Positions 8,946 through 17,802 of a DNA stretch of 64,000 nucleotides are shown here, one piece after another (the first letter of the stretch is position 1; each line of letters opens with the position of its first letter). Made by a program: the position numbers and the translations under genes. This DNA comes from an uncultured Actinomycetota bacterium (GTDB lineage Bacteria > Actinomycetota > Aquicultoria > CAYFWW01). The DNA is taken from NCBI GenBank assembly GCA_964346985.1, contig CAYFWW010000013.1:3465-67464 (forward strand). Direction: 5' to 3'. The notes below the pieces were generated by a model. The model worked only from the letters and a program-made list of their open reading frames with translations, had not been told where the DNA came from and did no database searches.

Positions 8946-11225
8946 TTGTTAACTTATAATCGGTTTGGACTGAGTTATAAATTGATTCTGAAGAAAGTAG
9001 CACTAATATTTAGGCCAGCAGCCAAAAAGAGCTTAGTAATCTTTTTTTCCATAGTATTTACGACTCTATTTCTTACTACTTTTTTTCCATCTGACGTCTT
9101 TGCAAATGGCAAGACTTATTTTGGCATGCATCTTGACGGTATTCCTGAAGATATGTCAAAGATAAGTAAATATGAAGCAGCGTTTGGGCATAAAATTGAA
9201 GTTATTCACTATTTTCAAGACTGGACAATCAGTTTAGTAAATCAGAATTTATATAATATTAAAAATCACGGTTCAATTCCACTTATATCTTGGATTCCAG
9301 CTGAATATGGGAAAGGCGTCAATCAAACTAAGTATCGATTAGATAATATAACTAATGGAAACTTTGATAGTTATATCAGAGCTTCTGCTAGAGCTGCCAG
9401 GGATACCGGAGTAACAATTTGGTTGAGGCCATTCCATGAGATGAATGGTAACTGGGTATCTTATGGTGGTACTGTTAATGGAAATGAACCAGGCGATTTT
9501 GTACCTGCCTGGCGTCATGTGGTAAATATCTTTAAGCAAGAGGGAGCCAACAATGTTAAATTCGTTTGGTCGCCTAATGCAAATTCAATTCCTAATACTC
9601 CCGAGAACGCTATAAGTAAATATTTCCCTGGAGATTATTATGTAGATATTATTGGCATAGACGGATATAACTGGGGGACAGTGGCTCCAAGTTGGAACTC
9701 TAAATGGTATTATCCTACTGAAATTTTTACTCCTTCTATCAATGAAATAAGAAAATTAAGCCAAAAACCAATTATATTTGCTGAGACCTCGTCAGTGGAA
9801 GACGGTGGAAGTAAAGATGATTGGATTGAAGAGATATTTGATTATAAAAGATTGAATGAATTGTATTCAAATTTTATGGGTGTAATTTGGTATAACAAAA
9901 TAGAACCTGGTAGAGACGGTAGAAAGCTTGACTTCAGGTTAAATTCAAACGAGATTTCTGTAAAAACTGTTCGTAGGATGCTAGGCGTTGAAAATAATTA
10001 CTATTATTACATTCCAAATTATACTAAAAGATATTACGGATGGTCATTACATACTGTAATCCAAAACGTATCAAATTTTACGGTTAAATATTCTATAAAA
10101 TTCTATTCATCAAGTGGAAAGTTAATATATACTTTGTATAATCAATCATTGTCTCAAAATCAATCTGTAATTATCAATCCTTCAAATATACCTTTGCCAT
10201 ATAAATGGAAGGGTCATGCAGTTATTGAGGCTAACGGTCAATTAAGTATAATTGGTAACCAATATACTAGCAGGCAAGGTAGTACCTATAGATCTTCCCA
10301 GCACTTATCAACACTGATGTATTTTCCAAATCTAGGCCGTGACTATTATGGATGGAGTAGTTCTGTAATTATTCAAAATCCTAATAATTATTCATCAAAA
10401 CTATATTTTCATTTTTATAATCCGAACGGTTCGAAGCGATATGTTTGGTCAAAAACTGTTCCGGCTAATGGTGGCATTGGACTAAACCTTATGAGATTAG
10501 GTGCTCTGGGAAAATGGAAAGGTAGCTTATGGGTTGAGTCAAGTCGTCCGGTAATGGGCGTTGTTAACAATCATACAAGCAGTGAAATATTATCCTATTC
10601 ACCAATTTATAGGCCCGAGAGAGAACAATGGGTATCAAACTTCACAAACAATTTTTTTGGCTGGAATTCAATATTGATTGCTCAAAATTTAGATAGCAAA
10701 TATTCAGCAAATGTAAGAATATATGTAAAAGATCTATCAGGTAATACTGTTAAATATAAATATTCTCGTGTATACCCAAATAATATTGCTTATTATAGTT
10801 TAGCTAGTTTGTTGGGTAATACGAATCCTTTTCGTGGACAGATATATGTAGATTCAGACGGTAAATTAGCTACAATTGTCCAAGAAAACCAGGATATTCA
10901 TGGCGCATATGTGGTATCAAAACCGCAAAATAAATATTATATGCCTTATATTATTAATCGTTCACGTTCATGGAAGACAGCTCTCTTTGTTATAAATTCA
11001 GATAATAATTCTACAAATAATATTAAAATTAGTTACTATAAACAATCAGGCCAATTGGTTAAAACTCAATATTTTAATTTGAGTGGTGGAGCATCTAAAA
11101 TTATTGCCATAAATAGATATCTACCTGATGGTTTTGTTGGCACAGCTGTTGTTGAAGGAAGCAATGAATTAGTAGCAACTGTTAAAGTGGAAGATAATTA
11201 TAGAGTTTTAATGTATAGTAATTAA
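8946..11225 (+). CDS. Secreted GH26-like (clan GH-A) glycoside hydrolase followed by four tandem ~100-aa beta-rich repeats
   Basis: Signal anchor SLVIFFSIVFTTLFLTTFF..VFA|NG. WLRPFHEMNGNW matches the GH26/GH-A acid-base motif and IIFAETSS is a candidate nucleophile strand. Repeats start YYGWSLHTVIQN, YYGWSSSVIIQN, FFGWNSILIAQN, YYMPYIINRSRSW. Only TTG starts are available (8946 or 8982). Confidence 0.6.
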   Translation: MLTYNRFGLSYKLILKKVALIFRPAAKKSLVIFFSIVFTTLFLTTFFPSDVFANGKTYFGMHLDGIPEDMSKISKYEAAFGHKIEVIHYFQDWTISLVNQNLYNIKNHGSIPLISWIPAEYGKGVNQTKYRLDNITNGNFDSYIRASARAARDTGVTIWLRPFHEMNGNWVSYGGTVNGNEPGDFVPAWRHVVNIFKQEGANNVKFVWSPNANSIPNTPENAISKYFPGDYYVDIIGIDGYNWGTVAPSWNSKWYYPTEIFTPSINEIRKLSQKPIIFAETSSVEDGGSKDDWIEEIFDYKRLNELYSNFMGVIWYNKIEPGRDGRKLDFRLNSNEISVKTVRRMLGVENNYYYYIPNYTKRYYGWSLHTVIQNVSNFTVKYSIKFYSSSGKLIYTLYNQSLSQNQSVIINPSNIPLPYKWKGHAVIEANGQLSIIGNQYTSRQGSTYRSSQHLSTLMYFPNLGRDYYGWSSSVIIQNPNNYSSKLYFHFYNPNGSKRYVWSKTVPANGGIGLNLMRLGALGKWKGSLWVESSRPVMGVVNNHTSSEILSYSPIYRPEREQWVSNFTNNFFGWNSILIAQNLDSKYSANVRIYVKDLSGNTVKYKYSRVYPNNIAYYSLASLLGNTNPFRGQIYVDSDGKLATIVQENQDIHGAYVVSKPQNKYYMPYIINRSRSWKTALFVINSDNNSTNNIKISYYKQSGQLVKTQYFNLSGGASKIIAINRYLPDGFVGTAVVEGSNELVATVKVEDNYRVLMYSN

Positions 11226-11227
11226 TC

Positions 11228-12124
11228 CTAAAAATAAGTTCTTCCCGATAATCTGTTTAAATATTTTATTTCCTTTTTTGTCAGAGGTTTTCTTGATTTT
11301 AAGATTGATGGCATTTTTGTAATAGATGATGTAACACCTTTTACATAGTATAAGAAATGCATCATTAAGATTGATTCAAATGACATATAAATCAACCAGA
11401 AAGAGACGTGGGAAAAAACATAACGCCAAGGAAGGAACTTAATTGCAATCCAGATTCTGTTTCTAATTAAATAAAAATACCTTTGCCCAGGGTACCTGCC
11501 AAATGGGCTATTTTTATGGATAATTTGCAGATTCGGGTTATAAACCATTTTCATTCTATATTTAGACATACGAAAGGATAGATCTAATTCTTCCCCCGAA
11601 TAAAAGTAATTTTCATCAAATAATCCAACCTTATCAAATACCTCTTTTTTTATGGCAAAACCACCCCCCATAAAATATGAACAAAGATAGGAATGGTCTT
11701 TATCTTTTTTATCACGTCGTGGGATTGTTTGTCTTAATACTCTTCTGCTTTTCTCGTCAATTATTTTGAAACATAGTAGTTTCAATTTTTTATCATCTCT
11801 AAAATATTGGTCTATTTTTCTGACTAACTTTTGATCTTCTACTCTGGAATCGTCATCAATAAAAATCAATATATTGCCAGTGGATCTTTCGATCCCATAA
11901 TTTCTGCCTGCACCTACCCCAAGATTTTTATCTAGATAGTATGTTTTAATATTAGGAAAACTTTTTTTTAACTGTTTAAGAGAAGGATTCTGTGAAGCAT
12001 TATCAATAACTATTATCTCCTTATTTGCAAAGTCTTGCTTGTATAAATCTTTTATGGCTAATGAGAGTTCTTCTGGTCTATCAATAGTAATAATTATAAT
12101 GCTAATCTTATTTTCACTTTTCAT
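11228..12124 (-). CDS. Family 2 glycosyltransferase
   Basis: ISIIIITIDRPEEL..VIDNASQ..FIDDDS (the DxD-type GT2 signature). Confidence 0.8.
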   Translation of the reverse strand: MKSENKISIIIITIDRPEELSLAIKDLYKQDFANKEIIVIDNASQNPSLKQLKKSFPNIKTYYLDKNLGVGAGRNYGIERSTGNILIFIDDDSRVEDQKLVRKIDQYFRDDKKLKLLCFKIIDEKSRRVLRQTIPRRDKKDKDHSYLCSYFMGGGFAIKKEVFDKVGLFDENYFYSGEELDLSFRMSKYRMKMVYNPNLQIIHKNSPFGRYPGQRYFYLIRNRIWIAIKFLPWRYVFSHVSFWLIYMSFESILMMHFLYYVKGVTSSITKMPSILKSRKPLTKKEIKYLNRLSGRTYF

Positions 12125-12846
12125 TTCTTTTTCTTAATCTTAAAGGATTTAATCTTTTAATGAGATTGAAGAAGGTAAAGTAATAACCAGAAATCTTTAA
12201 TTTAAAAATTAATAGATTGTCTCTTTTGAATATTGGAATTCTGCGGATCTCGAATATATCTTTGTTTCCATGCTGTACTGAGAATCCGGCTATAAATCCC
12301 GCTTCCTTAACTTCATTTTTTATTTCTTCATTGAACCATCCAAATGGATATGAGAAATAATGCAGTTTCAAATTTGGCAATCCTTCAGGGTGACGTGAAG
12401 ATATAACTTCTTTGGCTAGGTCTTTCGGATCAAGTGACTTAAGGTCTTTGTGTTGGTTGCTATGAGCTCCTAGCTCAACTCCTTCTTCCCAAAGCGTAGT
12501 AATCTCTTTCATGTCGAGTAAAGGTTTATATATTCTTGGTTCCCAGTCATTATATAAACCTATTTTTCCGGTCACTAAAAAAACAGCTACCGGAAACTTG
12601 TTATTTTTAAGAATTGGCCAAGCTCTATGGAGAAAGCTTTTAAACCCATCATCAAAAGTTATTATAATTGTTTTTGGTGGAACACTTATATTTTGACGAA
12701 GAAGTTTTAAATAATGATCGATGCTGATAACATGATAGTGTTTTTTCTTTAAATACTTAATTTGACGGTAGAAATTTTTCTCAGTGATGGAAAATTTATC
12801 TCCTTTTTCACCACTGGATAAAATATGATGATAAACGATTATTGGT
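12114..12846 (-). pseudogene. Polysaccharide deacetylase (NodB-like), reading frame broken at a T5/A5 homopolymer, with no canonical start codon
   Basis: The N-terminal part IPIIVYHHILSSGEKGDKFSITEEKF is in one frame, and YRQIKYLKKKHYHVISIDHYL..TFDDGFKSF..VTGKIGLYNDWEPR in the adjacent frame. Removing one A from GAGGAAAAATTTC (plus-strand T-run about 12775-12779) rejoins them. Confidence 0.55.
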
Positions 12847-13163
12847 ATCTCTTTTTTAAAAATTATTTTATTATACCCCCAAATTTAGATTGATAATTAT
12901 AAAAGTTTAACATAAATTATTATTAATTGATTATCAGTTTATTTTACAGATTTATATTAAATGATTTTTTGTACTTTTTTAAAATAATCAAGTCGAAATA
13001 TATTAGTATTCGCTTGGATGTTTTTTCTTCAGTTTAGATTAGTAGTAAAGTATTTATTAAAAGAAGTGAGCTAAGTTTACAAAGATAATATTTTAGGTAA
13101 AATTATAATATTCATTTTTCCTGTCTAATTTTTTAGGGTTTAATTTGAAAGGTAGAGATTATA

Positions 13164-14993
13164 TTGCCCAAGCGGAAAAAAAGAGGGAAGATAATAAAGG
13201 TTAAACCTGAAGACAAGTTGGTTTCGGCCAAAGTTGATAGGTTAAGGCCTAATCTATATAGAAAGTATTTTTCCTATAAAGAAATACCTCGTATTGGTTT
13301 TGATGATAAATATATTTCTATAAGTCCTGCTGAACAATTCTTTATATCGGATACAACTTTTAGAGATGGTCAACAAGCCAGGCCTCCTTATACAGTTGAG
13401 CAGATTGTCAATATCTATAAACTAATTTCCCGCCTTAGTGGGCCTAAGGGTACTATTAGGTATTCTGAGTTTTTTCTTTATACTGAAAAAGACCAAAAAG
13501 CAGTTGTAGAGTGCCAAAAGCTAAAAAGAAAATATCCCAAGATAACTGGTTGGATAAGGGCAAAGAAAGAAGACTTTAAATTAGTCAAAAAGATGGGTTT
13601 AAAAGAGACTGGAATCTTAACTTCAGCTTCTGATTATCATATTTTTCTTAAATTAAAGCTTGACCGGAAAAAGGCTATAAAAAAATATTTAGATATAGTA
13701 ATCAAAGCTATAGAAGAAGGTATAGTACCACGTTGTCATTTTGAAGATGCTACAAGGGCTGATATTTATGGTTTTTGTGTCCCATTTGCACAAGAACTGA
13801 TGAAACTGAGAGAACAGAGTGGCCTAGATGTAAAAATAAGAATATGTGACACTATGGGTGTGGGAGTACCTTTTCCCGAGGCTAGCTTGCCTCGCTCTGT
13901 CCCTAAATTGATTAGAGCTTTTACCAAGGATGCAAATGTTCCTAGCCATTTATTAGAATGGCACGGTCATAATGATTTTCATAAAGTATTGGTAAATGCA
14001 ACAACAGCTTGGCTTTACGGCTGTGGAACAATAAATTGTGCTTTACTTGGTTTTGGCGAGCGAACAGGTAATACTCCTCTTGAAGCAATGGTAATTGAAT
14101 ACATATCTTTGACTGGTGATAGTGAAGGAATGGATACAACTGCTATTACAGATATTGCCAAATATATTGAAAAAGAGACTGATACTGTTATACCTGGAAA
14201 TTTTCCACTAGCCGGGGAAAGATTTAATGCAACAGCTGCTGGCATACATTATGACGGTATATTAAAGAATGAAGAAGTATACAATATTTTTGATACAAAA
14301 AAAATATTGAATCGCCCTCCATCTATAATAATTAATGATAAATCAGGCGCTGCCGGTATAACATATTGGGTTAACTCTTATTTGCAAAGATACGGAAAGG
14401 GTAAGATTGATAAACGTCATTCTGGTGTGACAAAAATTAAAACCTGGATTGATGAAGAGTATAAGAGGGGGCGGATAACAAATATTTCCGATGAAGAGAT
14501 GGAGTTAGAGGTCAAGAAGTTCTTTCCTGAATTTTTCGTTTCAGAATTTGAAAGACTTACTAAAAAGGCCAAAGAACTTGCTCACGAACTAATAGATGAA
14601 ATTGCTGAAGATCCGGATATCAAATCATTAGATCCTAAAAGAATGGCAAATGTACTGAGAAGAGAGTTAAAACTAAACCCCTTTATCAAGTTCGCTTATG
14701 TAGTTGACGTAAATGGAACGCAATTGACCCCAAATGTTTTTCAGAGAGGCGATGCCAGTAAATACAAGAAGAGTTTTGGAATCGGTACTGATTTTAGTGA
14801 CCGTGAATGGTTTAACAAAGCATTAAGAGCTGGAGATATTTACTATTCTGATTTTTTTATATCTCGATTTACAAATCTTCTTTGTATAACTGTCTCCTCG
14901 CCAATTAAAAATTCTAAGGGAGAAATAATTGCAATCGTTGGTATTGATTTAGCCTATGAATATCTGGCAAAAATTTCGCCTAATCCAGTTTAA
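13164..14993 (+). CDS. HMGL-like (LeuA/NifV/Re-citrate-synthase-type) alpha-ketoacid-acetyl-CoA condensing enzyme fused to a C-terminal Cache/PAS-like sensor domain
   Basis: ISDTTFRDGQQ, EWHGHNDFHKV (HxH metal site), GIHYDGILKNEEVYNIFD and IINDKSGAAG match the LeuA/homocitrate synthase catalytic TIM barrel. The C-terminal ~190 aa (AYVVDVNGTQLTP...GTDFSDREWFNKALRAGDIYYSDFFIS..GEIIAIVGIDLAYEYL) matches the single-Cache/PAS-like fold, not a LeuA_dimer domain. TTG start. Confidence 0.6.
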   Translation: MPKRKKRGKIIKVKPEDKLVSAKVDRLRPNLYRKYFSYKEIPRIGFDDKYISISPAEQFFISDTTFRDGQQARPPYTVEQIVNIYKLISRLSGPKGTIRYSEFFLYTEKDQKAVVECQKLKRKYPKITGWIRAKKEDFKLVKKMGLKETGILTSASDYHIFLKLKLDRKKAIKKYLDIVIKAIEEGIVPRCHFEDATRADIYGFCVPFAQELMKLREQSGLDVKIRICDTMGVGVPFPEASLPRSVPKLIRAFTKDANVPSHLLEWHGHNDFHKVLVNATTAWLYGCGTINCALLGFGERTGNTPLEAMVIEYISLTGDSEGMDTTAITDIAKYIEKETDTVIPGNFPLAGERFNATAAGIHYDGILKNEEVYNIFDTKKILNRPPSIIINDKSGAAGITYWVNSYLQRYGKGKIDKRHSGVTKIKTWIDEEYKRGRITNISDEEMELEVKKFFPEFFVSEFERLTKKAKELAHELIDEIAEDPDIKSLDPKRMANVLRRELKLNPFIKFAYVVDVNGTQLTPNVFQRGDASKYKKSFGIGTDFSDREWFNKALRAGDIYYSDFFISRFTNLLCITVSSPIKNSKGEIIAIVGIDLAYEYLAKISPNPV

Positions 14994-15030
14994 TAATCAG
15001 AAATGTATAATCGAATTATTGGGTGAATAA

Positions 15031-15501
15031 ATGATTGAAATAAATATACCAGGCCATAATTCGTTGAATATTGAGAATATAATCTTTGACCTAAATGGAA
15101 CTTTAGCTGTTGACGGAAAGATTTCTGACGAAATAATTAACTTATTAAGTAGGTTAAAAAAGCATGTTAACATATATGTAGTTACTGCTGGAACCCATGG
15201 TGGCCTTGAAAAAATCAAAGAAGAAACAGGTCTGGATATCGTAAAAATAGAATCTGGCCGAGAGGCCGAGCAGAAATTAGATTTTATCAAAAAAATAGAT
15301 CCCAAAAAGTCAGTCGCTGCTGGTAACGGAAAAAACGATATAATGATGTTGAAAGAAGCAGTATTATCAATTTCAGTAATTGAAGGAGAAGGCTGTACAA
15401 CTGAGGCAATTCTGTCATCAGATATTTCTGTTCGAAGCGCTCGAGATTTGCTTGAACTTCTCTTAAAGCCAACAAGAATCATGGCGACTCTCAGGAGTTA
15501 A
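15031..15501 (+). CDS. Small HAD-family phosphatase (COG4087, soluble P-type-ATPase-like)
   Basis: FDLNGTLAVDG motif I; ..VVTAGTHGG; GNGKNDIMMLKEA motif III. Confidence 0.7.
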   Translation: MIEINIPGHNSLNIENIIFDLNGTLAVDGKISDEIINLLSRLKKHVNIYVVTAGTHGGLEKIKEETGLDIVKIESGREAEQKLDFIKKIDPKKSVAAGNGKNDIMMLKEAVLSISVIEGEGCTTEAILSSDISVRSARDLLELLLKPTRIMATLRS

Positions 15502-15507
15502 TAGAAT

Positions 15508-16149
15508 ATGAAGCATTTGGTTCTTGATAGAATTCTTATAACTTTTATCAGGTTTATCGTTTACTTTATAATCTTTGTAATTATTTATGGCATATATCAA
15601 AACTTTCTGAGAGAATTATTTATAAATAGATTTAGATCAGAAACTATTAGTTTAATTCTTACAATATCTATACTTGCCTTTGGGCTGGCAGTATTGTCAG
15701 ACTTCCTTCTCTATATTGAAAATAGCATCTCTTCTATTTTAAGAATCAAAAAAGAGAGAGATTCACGTTTTAAAATTATTGATAATATCAATAAGAAAGA
15801 GTTGTTATGCAGTAAATGCCACCATTACTTTTATAAAGTGGTCATTCCTGTTGAATTAGAAGAATCTGAAAGAGGCAGAGTCTATTGCCCTGATTGCGCA
15901 AAAAAGAATAGTATTGAGGGTCAGTCTGTTGATGATATAGGTTATTTAAAATTCCACATTAGCTTAGCATCAAACCAGCGGGATACAATACTTTCTGATA
16001 TGGCTAGAATAGATGAGCGGGAGAAGCAATATAAAAAATATAACATATCTTATATTGGAAGTTTTAATCGTGAAAGACAGACATTAAGCGAAAGACTTAA
16101 TAATATTGATGAAAAAATAATGCGTTTGAATAAATTGATGAATAATTAA
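15508..16149 (+). CDS. Hypothetical membrane protein: 2-3 N-terminal TM helices, CxxC..CxxC zinc ribbon, C-terminal coiled coil
   Basis: CSKCHH..CPDCAKK and a heptad-rich C-terminus; starts 7 nt after the HAD gene. Confidence 0.5.
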   Translation: MKHLVLDRILITFIRFIVYFIIFVIIYGIYQNFLRELFINRFRSETISLILTISILAFGLAVLSDFLLYIENSISSILRIKKERDSRFKIIDNINKKELLCSKCHHYFYKVVIPVELEESERGRVYCPDCAKKNSIEGQSVDDIGYLKFHISLASNQRDTILSDMARIDEREKQYKKYNISYIGSFNRERQTLSERLNNIDEKIMRLNKLMNN

Positions 16150-16180
16150 ATATAGCTATGAATGCAAGGAGGTTTACTAT

Positions 16181-16423
16181 ATGCATGAAACGTCAAATGA
16201 AAAAATTCTGAAACTTCTTGAGGAACTTGTTTTTCTGCAGGGATTGATTGCAACTGAGTTAATCCAGATTACAGAAAATACTAGTGCTGCCTTAAGAGAT
16301 GGGAAGATACCTGAAAAATGCAAAAAGAGTCATAGGTTGTTAAGAGAAAGTACTATTAAATTAGTTGAAAAATATCTTCCTGAAAATGGTTCTGAGCTAA
16401 GGGAACATGTTTTAAAGCATTAG
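16181..16423 (+). CDS. Hypothetical small alpha-helical protein
   Basis: 80-aa ORF with a GGAGG RBS; no motif recognised. Confidence 0.4.
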   Translation: MHETSNEKILKLLEELVFLQGLIATELIQITENTSAALRDGKIPEKCKKSHRLLRESTIKLVEKYLPENGSELREHVLKH

Positions 16424-16634
16424 CTCATTTAAAATATTTAATACAAAAAGTGTATAATAATAACTGTAATAGATTTGATAAAATACCTATTAATAGAGCA
16501 ATCTTTTTTGTATAAACATGGCTGAAAATTAAAATATATTCAATTTTTAATTTGATAATCTTATATACAAGATTAATTCTTAGATAGCATTTTTAAAAGA
16601 AATTATAGATAAATGATCATATAAAAATGATTCT

Positions 16635-17006
16635 TTGGGGGCTAATATTTTGGGAGTCATAAGCTGGGAAGCTTACGATAATGAGTTAGAAGAGTTCGTG
16701 GAAAAAAATATAACTTCTCTTATAACATGGGGGCTTTTTATATTACTCTATCATAATCCAGGGATTAGAGATTCATTGGAAGGATTCGCCAGAAGATTAG
16801 GCCGAAAAGCTTCCGATCTAGATCCTTACATTCAACAATTGGTGAGAAAGAAAATAATTCAGAAAATAACCGATGGTCAACAGGAATATTATATCTATGA
16901 CCCCCCATTAGAAATTGAGAAAGAAATCGGCAGGTTTGTGCAAGCAATAGAAAATAGAGATACCCGCCTTCACATATTGACTAAAGTATTAAAGAGTCAA
17001 GAATAA
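16635..17006 (+). CDS. Small winged-helix-like protein, paralog of the 29675..30019 product
   Basis: YHNPGIRDSLEGFARRLGRKASDLDPYIQQLVRKKII aligns with YYNPGTYDSLKGISLRLGLNQEIIKDKIDDLLKVGIL from the other gene. Confidence 0.5.
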   Translation: MGANILGVISWEAYDNELEEFVEKNITSLITWGLFILLYHNPGIRDSLEGFARRLGRKASDLDPYIQQLVRKKIIQKITDGQQEYYIYDPPLEIEKEIGRFVQAIENRDTRLHILTKVLKSQE

Positions 17007-17139
17007 TCTGTACTATTTGTACAAATTTACTCCTTCCTTTACTAATAGCTCTTGATATTTACAAATAGTGTACATACGATTAAAAATGATTAAAGTATTG
17101 CACAATTAGTGACGATAATATACACAAAGAGTGTAGAAA

Positions 17140-17154
17140 AGGAAGGAGGAAAGG
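17140..17154 (+). promoter_or_regulatory. Strong Shine-Dalgarno (GGAAGGAGGAAAGGG) for flp
   Basis: Purine-rich block 3 nt upstream of the ATG at 17158. Confidence 0.6.
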
Positions 17155-17157
17155 GCC

Positions 17158-17340
17158 ATGTTAGTCCAAATACATCAAGCGCTTGCCGGTTTATTTTCAG
17201 ATGAAAAAGGAGCTAGTGCTGTTGAATATGGTATTATGGTAGCTTTGATTGCTGTTGTAATTATAGCTACAGTTACACTTTTAGGGCAGCAGTTGGTTAC
17301 CGTCTTCAATAACGTCGTTTCTGCCTTAACCGGCGTATAG
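17158..17340 (+). CDS. flp: Flp family type IVb pilin
   Basis: 60 aa; Flp motif EKG|ASAVEYGIMVALIAVVII with a hydrophobic helix. Confidence 0.9.
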   Translation: MLVQIHQALAGLFSDEKGASAVEYGIMVALIAVVIIATVTLLGQQLVTVFNNVVSALTGV

Positions 17341-17362
17341 AGCGGTGAGCCACCCAGAAAGT

Positions 17363-17410
17363 TCGGGGGCTCTGCTCTAAATCTAGTAGGGCCCCGGCTT
17401 ATCTTTTAAT
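17363..17410 (+). terminator. Possible attenuator hairpin (CGGGG...CCCCG) followed by CTTATCTTTT, downstream of flp
   Basis: GC-rich 5-6 bp stem, 17364-17368 pairing with 17392-17396; the only GC-rich island in the AT-rich spacer between flp and tadE. Confidence 0.3.
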
Positions 17411-17424
17411 AATGGCCAAAACCA

Positions 17425-17802
17425 ATGACCACTTCACTCATGATTATTCGAGAAGAGAAAGGTGCCAGCAGCCTTGAATTTGCTTTAGTCATGCCTTTAT
17501 TGGTACTTATTATTTTTGGAATTATTCAATTTGGAATTGTATATAATCATTATCTGGCAATAACTCATGCAGCTCGTGAGGGAGCACGCTTAGCAGCTGT
17601 CGGAAAATTTTCAGAAGAGGCAGTTACTGACAGGGCATATCCAGTTGACTCGGTAAATGTCGAAATAAGTTATCCAAACGGTGAAAGTCACGGGGAACCT
17701 GTTGAAGTGAAAGTATCATCAAATTATCTGCTTTCGATTCCACTTTATGGTCAATTTAATATTCCGTTGATCAGCAAAGCAGAGATGAGGATAGAATATT
17801 AA
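17425..17802 (+). CDS. tadE: TadE-like pseudopilin
   Basis: EKGASSLEFALVMPLLVLIIFGIIQFG, the TadE motif. Confidence 0.85.
   Translation: MTTSLMIIREEKGASSLEFALVMPLLVLIIFGIIQFGIVYNHYLAITHAAREGARLAAVGKFSEEAVTDRAYPVDSVNVEISYPNGESHGEPVEVKVSSNYLLSIPLYGQFNIPLISKAEMRIEY

Noticed and set aside
12881-13163. T-box or riboswitch leader upstream of the LeuA-like gene
   Set aside because: The 280-nt leader is uniformly AT-rich with no specifier/T-box or other recognisable riboswitch conserved core.
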